Origin: a plasmid
Strand: one strand, 5' to 3'
Sequence record: NZ_CP135254.1
DNA: 64,000 bases
Shown here: positions 28,257 through 38,450 of the stretch, in pieces
Layout: each line of letters begins with the position of its first letter
How positions within the stretch are numbered: the stretch's first letter is position 1
Translations under genes and position numbers: made by a program
The notes under the pieces: generated by a model
What the model saw: the letters and a program-made list of their open reading frames with translations, nothing else
Database searches by the model: none
What the model was told of the DNA's origin: nothing

Positions 28257-28877
28257 TTATTTATCAGCGCTGGAGCAGACCCGGATCACAGTCATTTTAG
28301 AAACGCCAGCCAGGCGAGCTGTTTCTCGCAGCGATTTTCCATTGACCAGGCGCAGAGTGCGAATCAGTTCGTGTTTCTGCGCATCGGCCACCCTGCCCCG
28401 GTATTTTCCTTCTGCTTTCGCCTTACTGATACCCTCTGACTGTCGACGTCGACGGTCTTCGTAATCTTTTCGGGCAATAGCGGCCAGCATATCCAGCATC
28501 ATGCCATTTACGGCCTTCAGCATGCTTCGGGTAAAGTCATCACTTACTGTGCTGGATAGCGCCAGATAGCTGGTCGGTAGATCAAGACTGACGATGGCCA
28601 GCTGCTTGTCTGTAATTTGCTTTCTGAGTGTCTCCCAGCCTGCATCATCCAGGCGAGTGAGCCTGTCGACCTGTTCAATGAGGATCACATCACCAGGTTC
28701 CGCATCACCAAGAAGCCTGATCAGTTCAGGGCGGTTCATTGTCGTACCGGAGACATTATCGATATACCAGCCAGCAATACGGTGGCCATGTTGGTTTGCA
28801 AACGCCTTCAGTACATTTTTTGCCCGGCTGGCATCCTGCTCTGAAGTGGATGCCCGGAGATACCCAAAAACGAACAT
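28257..28877 (-). CDS. Serine recombinase (resolvase/invertase family)
   Basis: Starts MFVFGYLRASTSEQ, with the catalytic Ser in YxRxSTxxQ. Length about 206 aa. Confidence 0.7.
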   Translation of the reverse strand: MFVFGYLRASTSEQDASRAKNVLKAFANQHGHRIAGWYIDNVSGTTMNRPELIRLLGDAEPGDVILIEQVDRLTRLDDAGWETLRKQITDKQLAIVSLDLPTSYLALSSTVSDDFTRSMLKAVNGMMLDMLAAIARKDYEDRRRRQSEGISKAKAEGKYRGRVADAQKHELIRTLRLVNGKSLRETARLAGVSKMTVIRVCSSADK

Positions 28878-29255
28878 TTTTTGTCCTGATGGTAACATTT
28901 AAGTGGTACTGCTCATCATGGTATCACTTAAGTAGTCACAATAAAATTACCCGGTATCTTTTTGGGTGGTACATATAAAGTATACTGGGCCGATTTTCTC
29001 CGCTTTATGCCATACCTGCCGAATTTTAAGCAGAATTCACGTAGCGTGATCGATTGTAAAGATCGCTTAACTCCCCTCTTAATAAATCTCATATCACTAT
29101 GTAAAGAAGCCATTTCCCGTTCCAAGCCTCACTTAAGGTGCTTTTTAGAAACAGCAGCTATCGATGGTTGGTACTGTTTAAATATCCAGATTAAACCTTT
29201 CCCTCTGGGTCAGATGAGTGATAAAGTTTCACCTATAAGACCCATTGGAGGCATT

Positions 29256-30689
29256 ATGTCTGAATTTGAATTACTGGCGCAGGATCTGCTTGAGAAAGCA
29301 GAGATAGACGAAAAGCTCCGGCAGGAAAATGATAAAAAGCTAATTGAGCAGGTGCTGGAAATCTATGATCAGAAGTACGTGGCCGAGTTACTTAGGAAAG
29401 TCGGCAAAAACGAGTGGACTCGCGAGACTCTTAATCGCTGGATTAATGGTAAGTGTTCACCTAAGTCGCTGACGTCAGCCGAAGAGGCTCTTCTGCGAAA
29501 AATGCTGCCGGAAGCGCCAGCGCATCACCCGGACTATGCTTTCCGGTTTATTGACCTGTTTGCCGGCATTGGCGGTATACGAAAAGGCTTTGAAGCCATC
29601 GGTGGCCAGTGCGTTTTTACCAGTGAATGGAATAAAGAGGCTGTGCGCACGTATAAAGCCAACTGGTTTAACGATGAGCAGGCACACACGTTTAATCTCG
29701 ATATCCGGGAAGTTACGCTCAGTGACAAACCTGAAGTACCAGAAACTGATGCCTATGCCTACATTGACGAGCATGTGCCGGATCATGATGTACTTCTGGC
29801 TGGTTTCCCTTGTCAGCCGTTCAGCCTTGCTGGCGTGAGTAAGAAAAACTCACTCGGCCGGGCGCACGGTTTCGAATGTGAAGCGCAGGGAACCCTTTTC
29901 TTTGATGTCGCGCGCATTATCCGCGCCAAAAAGCCGGCTGTCTTTGTGCTGGAAAACGTTAAAAACCTGAAGAGCCATGACAAGGGTAAAACCTTTAAAG
30001 TCATTATGGAGACCCTGGACGAGCTGGGTTATGAAGTGGCGGATGCGGCTGACATGGGCAAAAGCGATCCTAAAGTCATCGACGGAAAGCATTTCCTGCC
30101 TCAGCACCGTGAACGTATCGTGCTGGTTGGTTTCCGCCGCGATCTGAATATTCACCAGGGTTTTACCCTGCGGGATGTCAGTCGTTTTTATCCGGAACAG
30201 CGGCCGTCATTTGGCGAACTACTGGAGCCAGTGGTGGACAGCAAATATATCCTGACGCCAAAGCTCTGGGAGTACCTTTACAACTACGCCAAAAAGCACG
30301 CGGCTAAGGGGAACGGCTTCGGTTTTGGCCTGGTAAACCCTGAAAACAGGGAAAGCGTTGCCCGTACGCTTTCTGCCCGCTATCACAAAGACGGATCTGA
30401 AATTCTGATTGATCGTGGCTGGGATATGGCTACGGGTGAAACAGATTTCGCGAACGAAGAAAATCAGGCGCATCGGCCACGCAGGCTGACGCCGCGTGAG
30501 TGCGCGCGCCTCATGGGCTTCGAGAAGCCCGACGGCAGGCCTTTCCGTATTCCGGTGTCGGACACGCAGTCTTACCGTCAGTTCGGTAACTCCGTAGTGG
30601 TTCCTGTGTTTGAAGCGGTTGCGAGACTGCTGGAGCCTTACATTCTGAAAGCCGTTTCTGCCGGTGCTGGGAAGGTGGATAACATCTGA
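29256..30689 (+). CDS. ecoRIIM: DNA cytosine-5 methyltransferase, Dcm/M.EcoRII-like (CCWGG-type)
   Basis: 477 aa, collinear with E. coli Dcm and M.EcoRII ([38 protein letters not shown]..., [36 protein letters not shown]..., ENVKNL). An RBS ggagg precedes the ATG at 29256. The longer listed ORF from 28962 is an upstream extension. Confidence 0.8.
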   Translation: MSEFELLAQDLLEKAEIDEKLRQENDKKLIEQVLEIYDQKYVAELLRKVGKNEWTRETLNRWINGKCSPKSLTSAEEALLRKMLPEAPAHHPDYAFRFIDLFAGIGGIRKGFEAIGGQCVFTSEWNKEAVRTYKANWFNDEQAHTFNLDIREVTLSDKPEVPETDAYAYIDEHVPDHDVLLAGFPCQPFSLAGVSKKNSLGRAHGFECEAQGTLFFDVARIIRAKKPAVFVLENVKNLKSHDKGKTFKVIMETLDELGYEVADAADMGKSDPKVIDGKHFLPQHRERIVLVGFRRDLNIHQGFTLRDVSRFYPEQRPSFGELLEPVVDSKYILTPKLWEYLYNYAKKHAAKGNGFGFGLVNPENRESVARTLSARYHKDGSEILIDRGWDMATGETDFANEENQAHRPRRLTPRECARLMGFEKPDGRPFRIPVSDTQSYRQFGNSVVVPVFEAVARLLEPYILKAVSAGAGKVDNI

Positions 30690-30723
30690 GTGCACCTCCC
30701 GGCAGGGTATGCCGGGAGATTAT

Positions 30724-31932
30724 TTAAGCAAGATCGGCGTAAAGCCCTGTGAGCTCGGCAATAAAGGCGCCCAGCGTCATTAATTCTGCCCTTACCGCTT
30801 CCGGGTATTTTTTATGTATTGACGACGGCACGACCAGCCTGACCCCTTCCGCCTGCATTTCTCTGTACTGTGCCTGTGATACGCCCTCCTGCAGCGTAAA
30901 CAGATGAACCGGAGAAATTCTGTTGGCTTCATTCAGTATCTGGCGCCAGCGATCTTTGCAGGTGGTCTTAACTGCCAGCATACGCAGATTTTCTGCGGGA
31001 AATTCGGCGTCGTGGTAAGCCTCTGCGGAAGGGAAAAGGAAGTCAGGTTTTTTATTGCCCTCCGTAACTGCCTGCGTAGCAAAGTGCCGTAGCCCGTGCT
31101 CAATGAAGAGATGCTCCAGGTGCAGCTCCAGTGACTTTCCGGCCCGGGATTTACGACGATTACTGACAGAGTTGGCCAGCGCAATGAATTCATCCACGGA
31201 GCCAAATCCTTTCCGGATTATGTCCAGAACATGGAGTTCCTCAACCAACAGAAAAATGTCGTACTCGACGCGCCGACGGTCAATAAGCTGCTCATCCGGA
31301 TTAAGGGAATTTTTCACATAATGGCCGGCGGCATACTCAATAATTTCATTTCCGGACGGAAAGCGCTGCTGCCAGTCCTCCGGGATAGTGTATTTATGAT
31401 TAACGGGCATTTGCTGCAGAGACAGGCCGCCTAGGATTCGCCCGGCAGCCCCGGATATAAGCGTTCCGGGGATCACTTCACCAATAGCCGTCTCAATAAT
31501 GTCCTCTTCATCAGGGCTGACGCAGACCCAGATGTCGACAGCCGTACTGTCCCCGCCGTGCTCATTAAGCCTGAAAGCCAGAAGAGTCAGGGCTCCGGTA
31601 TTTTCAGGATCTTGAAGCGGGCTGCCTCTTCCCCAGCGTGTAATCCTCTTCTCGTTTCGGGTTTTACCAAAATGACGGCTGTTGTAATAAATTGCCCGGG
31701 CTTCGCTGTCCGGGCAGTCATGTGATGACACATGTGCTGTGATAAAGACTGAAGGGTTGAGCTCACGGGTATGGTTGATAGACGGAAATAGCTTCTCAAC
31801 GATACCAGAAGGGATATAAAGCCCGACCTGATGACCGCCTGTTGCGCCAGTGTCATTGGCGGAAAGGCGTTTAATGTAAACGAAGTAATTCCCGCCTGCG
31901 ATCTCAAGTAGCCAGTTATGAAAAGCCGACAT
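30724..31932 (-). CDS. ecoRIIR: EcoRII-like Type IIE restriction endonuclease
   Basis: 402-aa translation is near-collinear with R.EcoRII as recalled (MS.FHNWLLEIA..NYFVYIKRLSANDTGATGGHQVGLYIPSGIVEKLFPSINHTRELNPSVF...). It converges on the methylase gene, as in the EcoRII system. Confidence 0.8.
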   Translation of the reverse strand: MSAFHNWLLEIAGGNYFVYIKRLSANDTGATGGHQVGLYIPSGIVEKLFPSINHTRELNPSVFITAHVSSHDCPDSEARAIYYNSRHFGKTRNEKRITRWGRGSPLQDPENTGALTLLAFRLNEHGGDSTAVDIWVCVSPDEEDIIETAIGEVIPGTLISGAAGRILGGLSLQQMPVNHKYTIPEDWQQRFPSGNEIIEYAAGHYVKNSLNPDEQLIDRRRVEYDIFLLVEELHVLDIIRKGFGSVDEFIALANSVSNRRKSRAGKSLELHLEHLFIEHGLRHFATQAVTEGNKKPDFLFPSAEAYHDAEFPAENLRMLAVKTTCKDRWRQILNEANRISPVHLFTLQEGVSQAQYREMQAEGVRLVVPSSIHKKYPEAVRAELMTLGAFIAELTGLYADLA

Positions 31933-32245
31933 ACATATCCCTCTGTTGTCCTGAAATTCAACTCGTCATTTTTCCACAGTCAGACAGAAGCTGCTAGGAA
32001 GGCTTTTGTAGATGCTCTGCCTGCAGCTGAAACCGACTGTAATCAGAAAAAAGAAAAGTATCCTTCTGGGCTCCTACGGCTCGCCAGATTCTGATGGTGC
32101 AATGCAAGGTCAAATCCTGCAGCTGGCTAAAGTCCGCTATGAGCGAACAGCGGACGTTGGACTTCCCAACCTTACAAGGTAATCTAGTTTGCAAAGTTAG
32201 CGACCTCGCGCAGCCGCACTAATAAAAAGAATAGGAACGGTACAA

Positions 32246-34999
32246 ATGAACTGGATTGGTTCTCGGTGGTGGAAATTCGACTTCCATAATCACACTCCGG
32301 CATCGGACGATTATGGAAAAGGCCCTAATCAGGCCCAGTATATGCAGATCACTCATAAAGATTGGCTGCTCAACTACATGCGACAAGGCATCGATTGTGT
32401 CGCTGTCACGGACCATAATTCAGGCGCTTGGATTGATCCGCTCAAGCATGCACTCAAGGAACTGGCATCTGAGAGTCATGAAGATTATCGACCACTCTAC
32501 TTATTCCCTGGTGTTGAGCTTACTGTTCAGGGGAATATCCATATTCTGGCCATTTTCGGAGAAGACAAGACAACCTCTGATATCGACTCACTGCTTGGTG
32601 CGGTCAGGTATCGCGCCACCAAAGGAAAGAGCGACGGCTGCTCTGAATGCTCGGCAGTTGAGGTGATCGACGAAATTGCTAGGTCAGGAGGGCTTGCAAT
32701 ACCTGCTCATGTAGATCAGGTTAGCGGACTTTTTACGGTCTGTACGGGCAACACACTAGAGCAGGTGCTTGACAACAAATGTGTTTTTGCTATGGAGGTA
32801 ACGGACCTTGCTAAAGCAAAACCGCAGCTCTACATTAGCAAGAATTTGAATTGGGCAGAGATTCTTGGAACCGATTCCCATCATCCGTCCGGTACCGGAA
32901 ATCAACGCTATCCGGGTAGCCATTTCACTTGGGTAAAAATGTCGGAGCCATCTTATGACGGATTACGGCTGGCGCTCATTGATGGTGCTCTTTCACTGAA
33001 GCGGTCGGACAACTTCACTGGTGACCCCAATATCCATGGACAACTTGCCATCGAAAGTATCGTGGTTGATGATGCGAAGTACTTAGGGCGAGGGCAATCT
33101 TTATCTTGTCAACTGAACCCCTGGCTCAACACTATCATTGGTGGACGAGGCACTGGGAAATCGACATCGTTGGAATTCCTGCGGATTGCTCTTAAACGAA
33201 AGGGAGAAATCCCCAAGAGCCTTGAAAAGGAATTTACCAAATACAGTCAAACTTCGAAAGACCGCCAAGATGAAGGGCTGTTAAAAGATTCCACGAAAAT
33301 AACTGTAGGCTTTCGAAAAGACGGTGGCCGTTTCCGAATCACCTGGTCTAATACCGACGACATATACAGCATCGAGGAAGAGACCGCTCCCGGAGTCTGG
33401 TGTGCTTCCGAGGGAGACATAGCACAACGATTTCCTGTCAGGATTTACAGCCAGAAACAGATATTCGAATTGGCAAAGCATCCCCAAGCACTCTTGCAAG
33501 TTGTCGATGATGCCGCGGTGGTCAATCATCGTGATTGGCAGCTTAAGTGGGATGAACTGGTTTCCAAATATTTCTCGCTTCGCGCCCAAGAGCGTGAAGT
33601 TCAGACCGGGCTTCAGGAGGAATCGGTAACCAAAGGTCAGCTTGAAGACGTCAAACGCAAACTCGATGTTTTTGAAAAGGCGGGCCACGCGGATGTCCTT
33701 AAGGCTTACCAACTCAGACAGAACCAGAGTAAGGCTATGGACTCTTGGGTAACGACTTGGGAGGGTTCCGCCGAACAGGTCCGAGATATTTCTGGAAGAC
33801 TGCTGCCAGCAGAATTGGATCTACAATATTTCGACATTGGGAATGCGGATGACAAAGAACTCTTCGATACCATCAAGGGCATCCGTGCGACGTTTGAGAA
33901 GCTTCAGACAGAGATGAACTCGATCGCGCAGCGGATTGATGATGTAAAGAACTCATGGAATCAAACTCGGTCAGACTTGGGAATATCGAAAAGAATTACA
34001 GCGGCGAGCCATGAATACACCGGCCTCCTCGGTCAACTCAGCGCAGCAGACGCAGGTGATCCATCTGCATATGGTGTTCTGGTTAAGCAGCGACAAGATT
34101 TCGAAGATAAGCTCAAGGGATTCGACAAAAAGAGAGAAACTCTTGCGCAGCATCAGAAGAGCGCGGAAGAATACTTGGTCAAGCTCCATGAGCATCGAGC
34201 ATTGATAACCAAGCTCCGTGAGGACTTTCTCAAGGATACCCTCGTCGGCAATTCATATGTACAGATCAATGTCATTCCGTTTGGAAACAAGCTTACGGTT
34301 GAGGAAGAATTCCGTAACCTGATCGGCCGCAGTAGTGGCGGATTTGACCGCGACATTGGAGTTGTTGACGGGGATGAGGGCTTGCTGGCTTATTTAACGC
34401 AAGACCAATCCAATACTATGGATGATAAAATTGAGAAAATAAAATCATCGCTACTTGCAATCCATGAAAACGATACTGTGGCGGTGGATTCCTGCAAAGA
34501 TCGACGTTTTGTATCCCACATTCAGGGGCTAACTCCGGAACAGATAGATCGAATTCAGTGCTGGTTTCCTGGTGATTCTCTGGATATCAGATATAGCCTC
34601 AAGAACGGCGAGAGTTTCAAACCCGTAGAGCAAGGATCTCCGGGGCAAAAAACGGCGGCTCTCCTTGCATTTATCCTTTCATATGGCAATGAGCCTCTTA
34701 TACTTGATCAGCCTGAGGATGATCTTGATAACCACTTGATCTATGATCTGATCGTAACGCAATTGCGTGAGATCAAACAAAAACGGCAGGTTTTAGTAGT
34801 CACGCACAACGCTAACATCGTCGTGAATGGTGATGCGGAAAACGTCATTGCCCTTGATATTCGGTCTGGCCAAACCAGAATTGTGACGCAAGGGGGTCTT
34901 CAAGAACCTTCCATACGCGATGAGATATGCAGAGTGATGGAAGGTGGCAGAGAGGCCTTTACCCAAAGATATAAACGAATCAATGCAGCAATCACATAG
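32246..34999 (+). CDS. PHP-domain phosphoesterase fused to an SMC/ABC-type ATPase (Ppl-like single-gene defence candidate)
   Basis: 917 aa. The N-terminus carries PHP motifs (FDFHNHTPASDDYG, VAVTDHN, AHVD). The central part has Walker A GGRGTGKST and coiled-coil-like segments. The C-terminus has a signature/Walker B LILDQPEDDLD and VLVVTHNANIV. Confidence 0.65.
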   Translation: MNWIGSRWWKFDFHNHTPASDDYGKGPNQAQYMQITHKDWLLNYMRQGIDCVAVTDHNSGAWIDPLKHALKELASESHEDYRPLYLFPGVELTVQGNIHILAIFGEDKTTSDIDSLLGAVRYRATKGKSDGCSECSAVEVIDEIARSGGLAIPAHVDQVSGLFTVCTGNTLEQVLDNKCVFAMEVTDLAKAKPQLYISKNLNWAEILGTDSHHPSGTGNQRYPGSHFTWVKMSEPSYDGLRLALIDGALSLKRSDNFTGDPNIHGQLAIESIVVDDAKYLGRGQSLSCQLNPWLNTIIGGRGTGKSTSLEFLRIALKRKGEIPKSLEKEFTKYSQTSKDRQDEGLLKDSTKITVGFRKDGGRFRITWSNTDDIYSIEEETAPGVWCASEGDIAQRFPVRIYSQKQIFELAKHPQALLQVVDDAAVVNHRDWQLKWDELVSKYFSLRAQEREVQTGLQEESVTKGQLEDVKRKLDVFEKAGHADVLKAYQLRQNQSKAMDSWVTTWEGSAEQVRDISGRLLPAELDLQYFDIGNADDKELFDTIKGIRATFEKLQTEMNSIAQRIDDVKNSWNQTRSDLGISKRITAASHEYTGLLGQLSAADAGDPSAYGVLVKQRQDFEDKLKGFDKKRETLAQHQKSAEEYLVKLHEHRALITKLREDFLKDTLVGNSYVQINVIPFGNKLTVEEEFRNLIGRSSGGFDRDIGVVDGDEGLLAYLTQDQSNTMDDKIEKIKSSLLAIHENDTVAVDSCKDRRFVSHIQGLTPEQIDRIQCWFPGDSLDIRYSLKNGESFKPVEQGSPGQKTAALLAFILSYGNEPLILDQPEDDLDNHLIYDLIVTQLREIKQKRQVLVVTHNANIVVNGDAENVIALDIRSGQTRIVTQGGLQEPSIRDEICRVMEGGREAFTQRYKRINAAIT

Positions 35000-35104
35000 A
35001 ACGGAGTTGCACTTGAACGGCAATTGCGCTGAGCTCAATTGCCGCCAATGCTTGGTCGTTAATGTCTGCTCCTGGCACAAAGCAGACATACTCAGAAAAG
35101 CAAC

Positions 35105-35701
35105 TCATGAACGAGCATCAGCGTCCTCCATTATCGCTTTCACTCTTAAAATGGTCTGCCGTGTGGTGTCAAATTCGCGGGCGATCGCGCTGATACTCTT
35201 CCCTTCACTAAGACGCAAGAACACCGCTTTCTTTTGTTCGTCATCCAGAGCCGGCGGGCGGCCGAAACGCTTTCCGGATGCCTTAGCCCGCGCAATACCA
35301 GCATGTGTACGTTCAAGTAGCAGATCGCGCTCAAATTCAGCAACCGCCGAGATTACCTGCATTGTCATCTTTCCGGCCGGACTGGTGAGGTCTACCCCTC
35401 CCAGCGCCAGGCAGTGTACCCGTATTTCTGACGCAGAAAGTAGCTCAACGGTTTTTCTGATATCCATGGCGTTTCGCCCGAGGCGATCCAGCTTCGTTAC
35501 GATTAAAACGTCCCCGTTTTCCATTCGATCAAGGAGACGCATAAATCCAGGGCGTTCAGCAGCCGCGACTGAACCACTTATGTACTCTTCAATCAGTCGC
35601 TGGGGTCTGATGGAAAAGCCGGCCGCTTCGATCTCACGACGCTGGTTTTCAGTGTTCTGTTCGAGGGTCGATACCCTGCAGTAGGCAAAAACTCGTGACA
35701 T
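35105..35701 (-). CDS. Serine recombinase (resolvase)
   Basis: [15 protein letters not shown]...DRLGRN...; 198 aa with a C-terminal HTH. Confidence 0.75.
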   Translation of the reverse strand: MSRVFAYCRVSTLEQNTENQRREIEAAGFSIRPQRLIEEYISGSVAAAERPGFMRLLDRMENGDVLIVTKLDRLGRNAMDIRKTVELLSASEIRVHCLALGGVDLTSPAGKMTMQVISAVAEFERDLLLERTHAGIARAKASGKRFGRPPALDDEQKKAVFLRLSEGKSISAIAREFDTTRQTILRVKAIMEDADARS

Positions 35702-35704
35702 ATA

Positions 35705-35830
35705 GTTATTTTATGTACGAAATGGATGTACTTATTATAGCGCATGTCCGAAACTAAAAACACTAACTTTCGGACATACTATATCTTACATGTACGAAAC
35801 CGGTCGGTTTTGTACATCCCATATTGTATG
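35705..35830. promoter_or_regulatory. Probable res/crossover site for the adjacent resolvase
   Basis: Repeated dyad elements (atgtacgaaa...tttgtacat; tgtccgaaa...tttcggaca) immediately upstream of the resolvase gene. Confidence 0.45.
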
Positions 35831-35953
35831 CTCTATGTGTTCCACTTAAAGTAATATTATTGTGACCACATAAGTTGTGGCTGGCTGGCAAAGTCAGCAC
35901 TGAATGCCTCCCTGCCCAACCAGTTTATATTGGTATCCGATTTTTCTACTTGC

Positions 35954-36472
35954 CTATTTTCTTTTGGCCGGAAACATCAGCATCAGGGTGTGAACACCGT
36001 TGATATCGATCGTATGGGCGCCTTCCGTGAAAGCCTCAAAAATCCCGACGTCTTTCAGACCGCCCAGTATCGCATCGACGTCAGTTTCTGACAGCTGACG
36101 CGCTGTTTTGTATTCCAACATGTTAGTGTTAGGGTTCGATGCGCGCTCAGACTCGACTTTCATTTTAATTTCGGCAATGACCGCAGGAATATTATCGGTG
36201 TTGAGCTCCAGTGCTCTAGCCTGAATACACGCGGCAAACTCCTTGGGGATTACAAACCACACGGGATATCCCCGCGACAGCGGCATACCTTTACTACCCT
36301 CATCCAGATTACCATTCCAGCGTATGCCGGTACATTCGCTGAAGGGCTGGTTCAGTTCGTCCCGGTAGTTAATGCGGGCGACGGACACGTCCCATTCGCC
36401 CGCATCGTAAAGCACATCTAGCACCTCTACATGGCCTCTGGGGGATAAAACATCTGTGGGTTTTACGTACAT
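35954..36472 (-). CDS. Hypothetical protein (172 aa)
   Basis: ORF with RBS aggaga 6 nt before the ATG (MYVKPTDV...). No recognisable domain. Confidence 0.35.
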   Translation of the reverse strand: MYVKPTDVLSPRGHVEVLDVLYDAGEWDVSVARINYRDELNQPFSECTGIRWNGNLDEGSKGMPLSRGYPVWFVIPKEFAACIQARALELNTDNIPAVIAEIKMKVESERASNPNTNMLEYKTARQLSETDVDAILGGLKDVGIFEAFTEGAHTIDINGVHTLMLMFPAKRK

Positions 36473-37179
36473 ATTCTCTCTCCTGTAAGCGTGGATGATA
36501 TACAAATTAGCTATGAATTATAGTTATATTACATAACTAGTTTTTTAGCTAGAATTAATCAGTTGAACGTGAAAAAATTGTCCTCAGCTATGCCAACTAC
36601 CATGCTCTGGAGAAGCAGAAGGGAGCCCGGGAGCAGGTTATCGGGGGAGCCAGTACTGGCTGCGCGACCTAGCAGCTCAGAATGGAGCGAGAACAGTAAA
36701 TAGGGGTCTATTTGGATATCGAAAATTATTCAGCCGAGATACGTCTGGTGAGCAGAGTCTCTTAAATGTAAAGCTAGAGCCTTTCAATAATATAAAGGTT
36801 CATTCATCAAAAAATTAGAAACAGTGCCGACAGTAATGCCTATACATAAGCCCGTAGATCGCGTCTGCCAGTCACTCTGGGATATACCCTAATGTGTCAG
36901 GCTAACGCGCCCTCCAGGCTTGTCCAGCCCCTCGCTTTTCCGAGCTGACTCGCGGTTTCGATTTAACACGGTGGTGGAATAGCCAAGCATGGTAGAGGTC
37001 GTGATCTAACGATTGATTGCACAAGGCACAGGATATCGGCTGAAATGTACCGCCTGGCAATTGATGCTTCATAGAACTATTCATCCGTAAACAGAGTCGC
37101 TAATGCGGCTTTTTTTTGGGGGGACGTTTAGTAGCGGAGGTTTCTATGTCAGGACAAGTCAGGTCGCCTTAGTTACTCA

Positions 37180-37360
37180 ATAAATGAAATCATGTTATAA
37201 TTAAATCATGATTTCATTTATTTTTATGCTATTGTAATTTAAGTCATTATTGTTTTGCATGTTTTACTGAAATCATTAAATCATGATTTAATGTTGTTCC
37301 TTTACCTCAGCTATGTCATAGTTAGCTTAGTTGTAGAACTTGATAATGAAATCATGATTT
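37180..37360. repeat. Centromere-like repeat array (AAATCATGATTTCAT / AAATCATGATTTAAT dyads) upstream of the ParA-like gene
   Basis: At least four copies of a palindromic ATCATGAT-core motif within 180 bp. Confidence 0.5.
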
Positions 37361-37376
37361 AATGAAGGGTGATACC

Positions 37377-38003
37377 ATGGGAAAGGTTATATCGATCGTT
37401 GGTCAGAAAGGCGGTGGTTCAAAAAGCACCGAAGCTAGAACGCTTGCTGTTGGATTTTCAGAAGCTGGATGGAAGACGCATCTGGCTGATATAGACACCA
37501 AACAACAAACCTCACTGAAGTGGACAGAACGACGCGAGAAAAGTGGGCTAAGCCCGATAGATTGTGCTCTTTACCGCCGGGTTGAAACTGCTGTCAGGAT
37601 GAAAGATAGCTGTCATTTGCTGATCATCGATGGGCGCCCTGCAGCAGAGACAACGTCACTGGATGTCGCAGATGAATCTGACCTCGTCATTATTACCACG
37701 GGGACTACTATTGATGATCTTGAACCCTCACTTGAACTGGCTCGTGAATTGATAAAGAAGGGGATTGATAAGAGCAAGATTGTCTTTATCGTTTCTAAAT
37801 CACCATCTCAATCGCAGGGCGAAAAAGCTCAGGAAACAATCAAAGCGTGGGGTTATAAAGTAATCAATACAGTCATCCCCTTCAAAACCAGTTACGGCGA
37901 AGCTCTTGATACTGGACGGGCATTACATGAAACGCCATTCAAATCGTTGAATGAGACTGCAAAACAAATGATTGAAGAGATTCATGATATAATTAATTCA
38001 TGA
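37377..38003 (+). CDS. parA: Small ParA/ParF-type partition ATPase
   Basis: Deviant Walker A GQKGGGSKST. About 208 aa. Confidence 0.7.
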   Translation: MGKVISIVGQKGGGSKSTEARTLAVGFSEAGWKTHLADIDTKQQTSLKWTERREKSGLSPIDCALYRRVETAVRMKDSCHLLIIDGRPAAETTSLDVADESDLVIITTGTTIDDLEPSLELARELIKKGIDKSKIVFIVSKSPSQSQGEKAQETIKAWGYKVINTVIPFKTSYGEALDTGRALHETPFKSLNETAKQMIEEIHDIINS

Positions 38004-38035
38004 TAGCATGATTTAACGATATCATTACCCTGAGC

Positions 38036-38275
38036 ATGAGGAAGTTTATGAAAGGCCCTGGTAAATCAATTAAAATTGAGCCCCCGAAAGAGGACGAACC
38101 GACACTGGATGTTACCGGAAAAGGGGCTGTTCCGGATTCGGCTGTCAAACCTATCCAAATCAAAGTTCCGGTGTCGAAACATAAAGAAATGAAGGCATAT
38201 GCAGCAGAGCAGGGGATCTCGATGACCGATATGCTCCTTGCCGGGTATGACATGTACAGAAATAAAATGAAATAA
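38036..38275 (+). CDS. ParG-like small partition DNA-binding protein (candidate)
   Basis: 79-aa basic protein immediately downstream of parA. Its C-terminus (MKAYAAEQGISMTDMLLAGYDMY) suggests a ribbon-helix-helix fold. Confidence 0.4.
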   Translation: MRKFMKGPGKSIKIEPPKEDEPTLDVTGKGAVPDSAVKPIQIKVPVSKHKEMKAYAAEQGISMTDMLLAGYDMYRNKMK

Positions 38276-38289
38276 TGTTAGCATGACAT

Positions 38290-38450
38290 CATGAAAGTGG
38301 TTTTTCATGATGTCATTCTTTCATGCGATTTTTTAAGCCTGTCTCTAGCTCCAGAAACCCTCGGTTTTGCACTTCATCGATAATGACACATATGTTTGAG
38401 CGAACCTGAAAAAACATGACTTCATGACTTCATGACTTCATGCTGTTTTT
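38290..38450. repeat. Second repeat cluster (catgacatcatga...tcatgatgtcat dyad; catgacttcatgacttcatgacttcatg tandem heptamers)
   Basis: Read directly. It flanks the par module on the far side. Confidence 0.4.

Noticed and set aside
28962-29255. 98-codon N-terminal extension of the Dcm-like methylase ORF
   Set aside because: Homology to Dcm/M.EcoRII starts near the ATG at 29256, which has a GGAGG RBS. The extension has no similarity and contains in-frame rare-codon runs.
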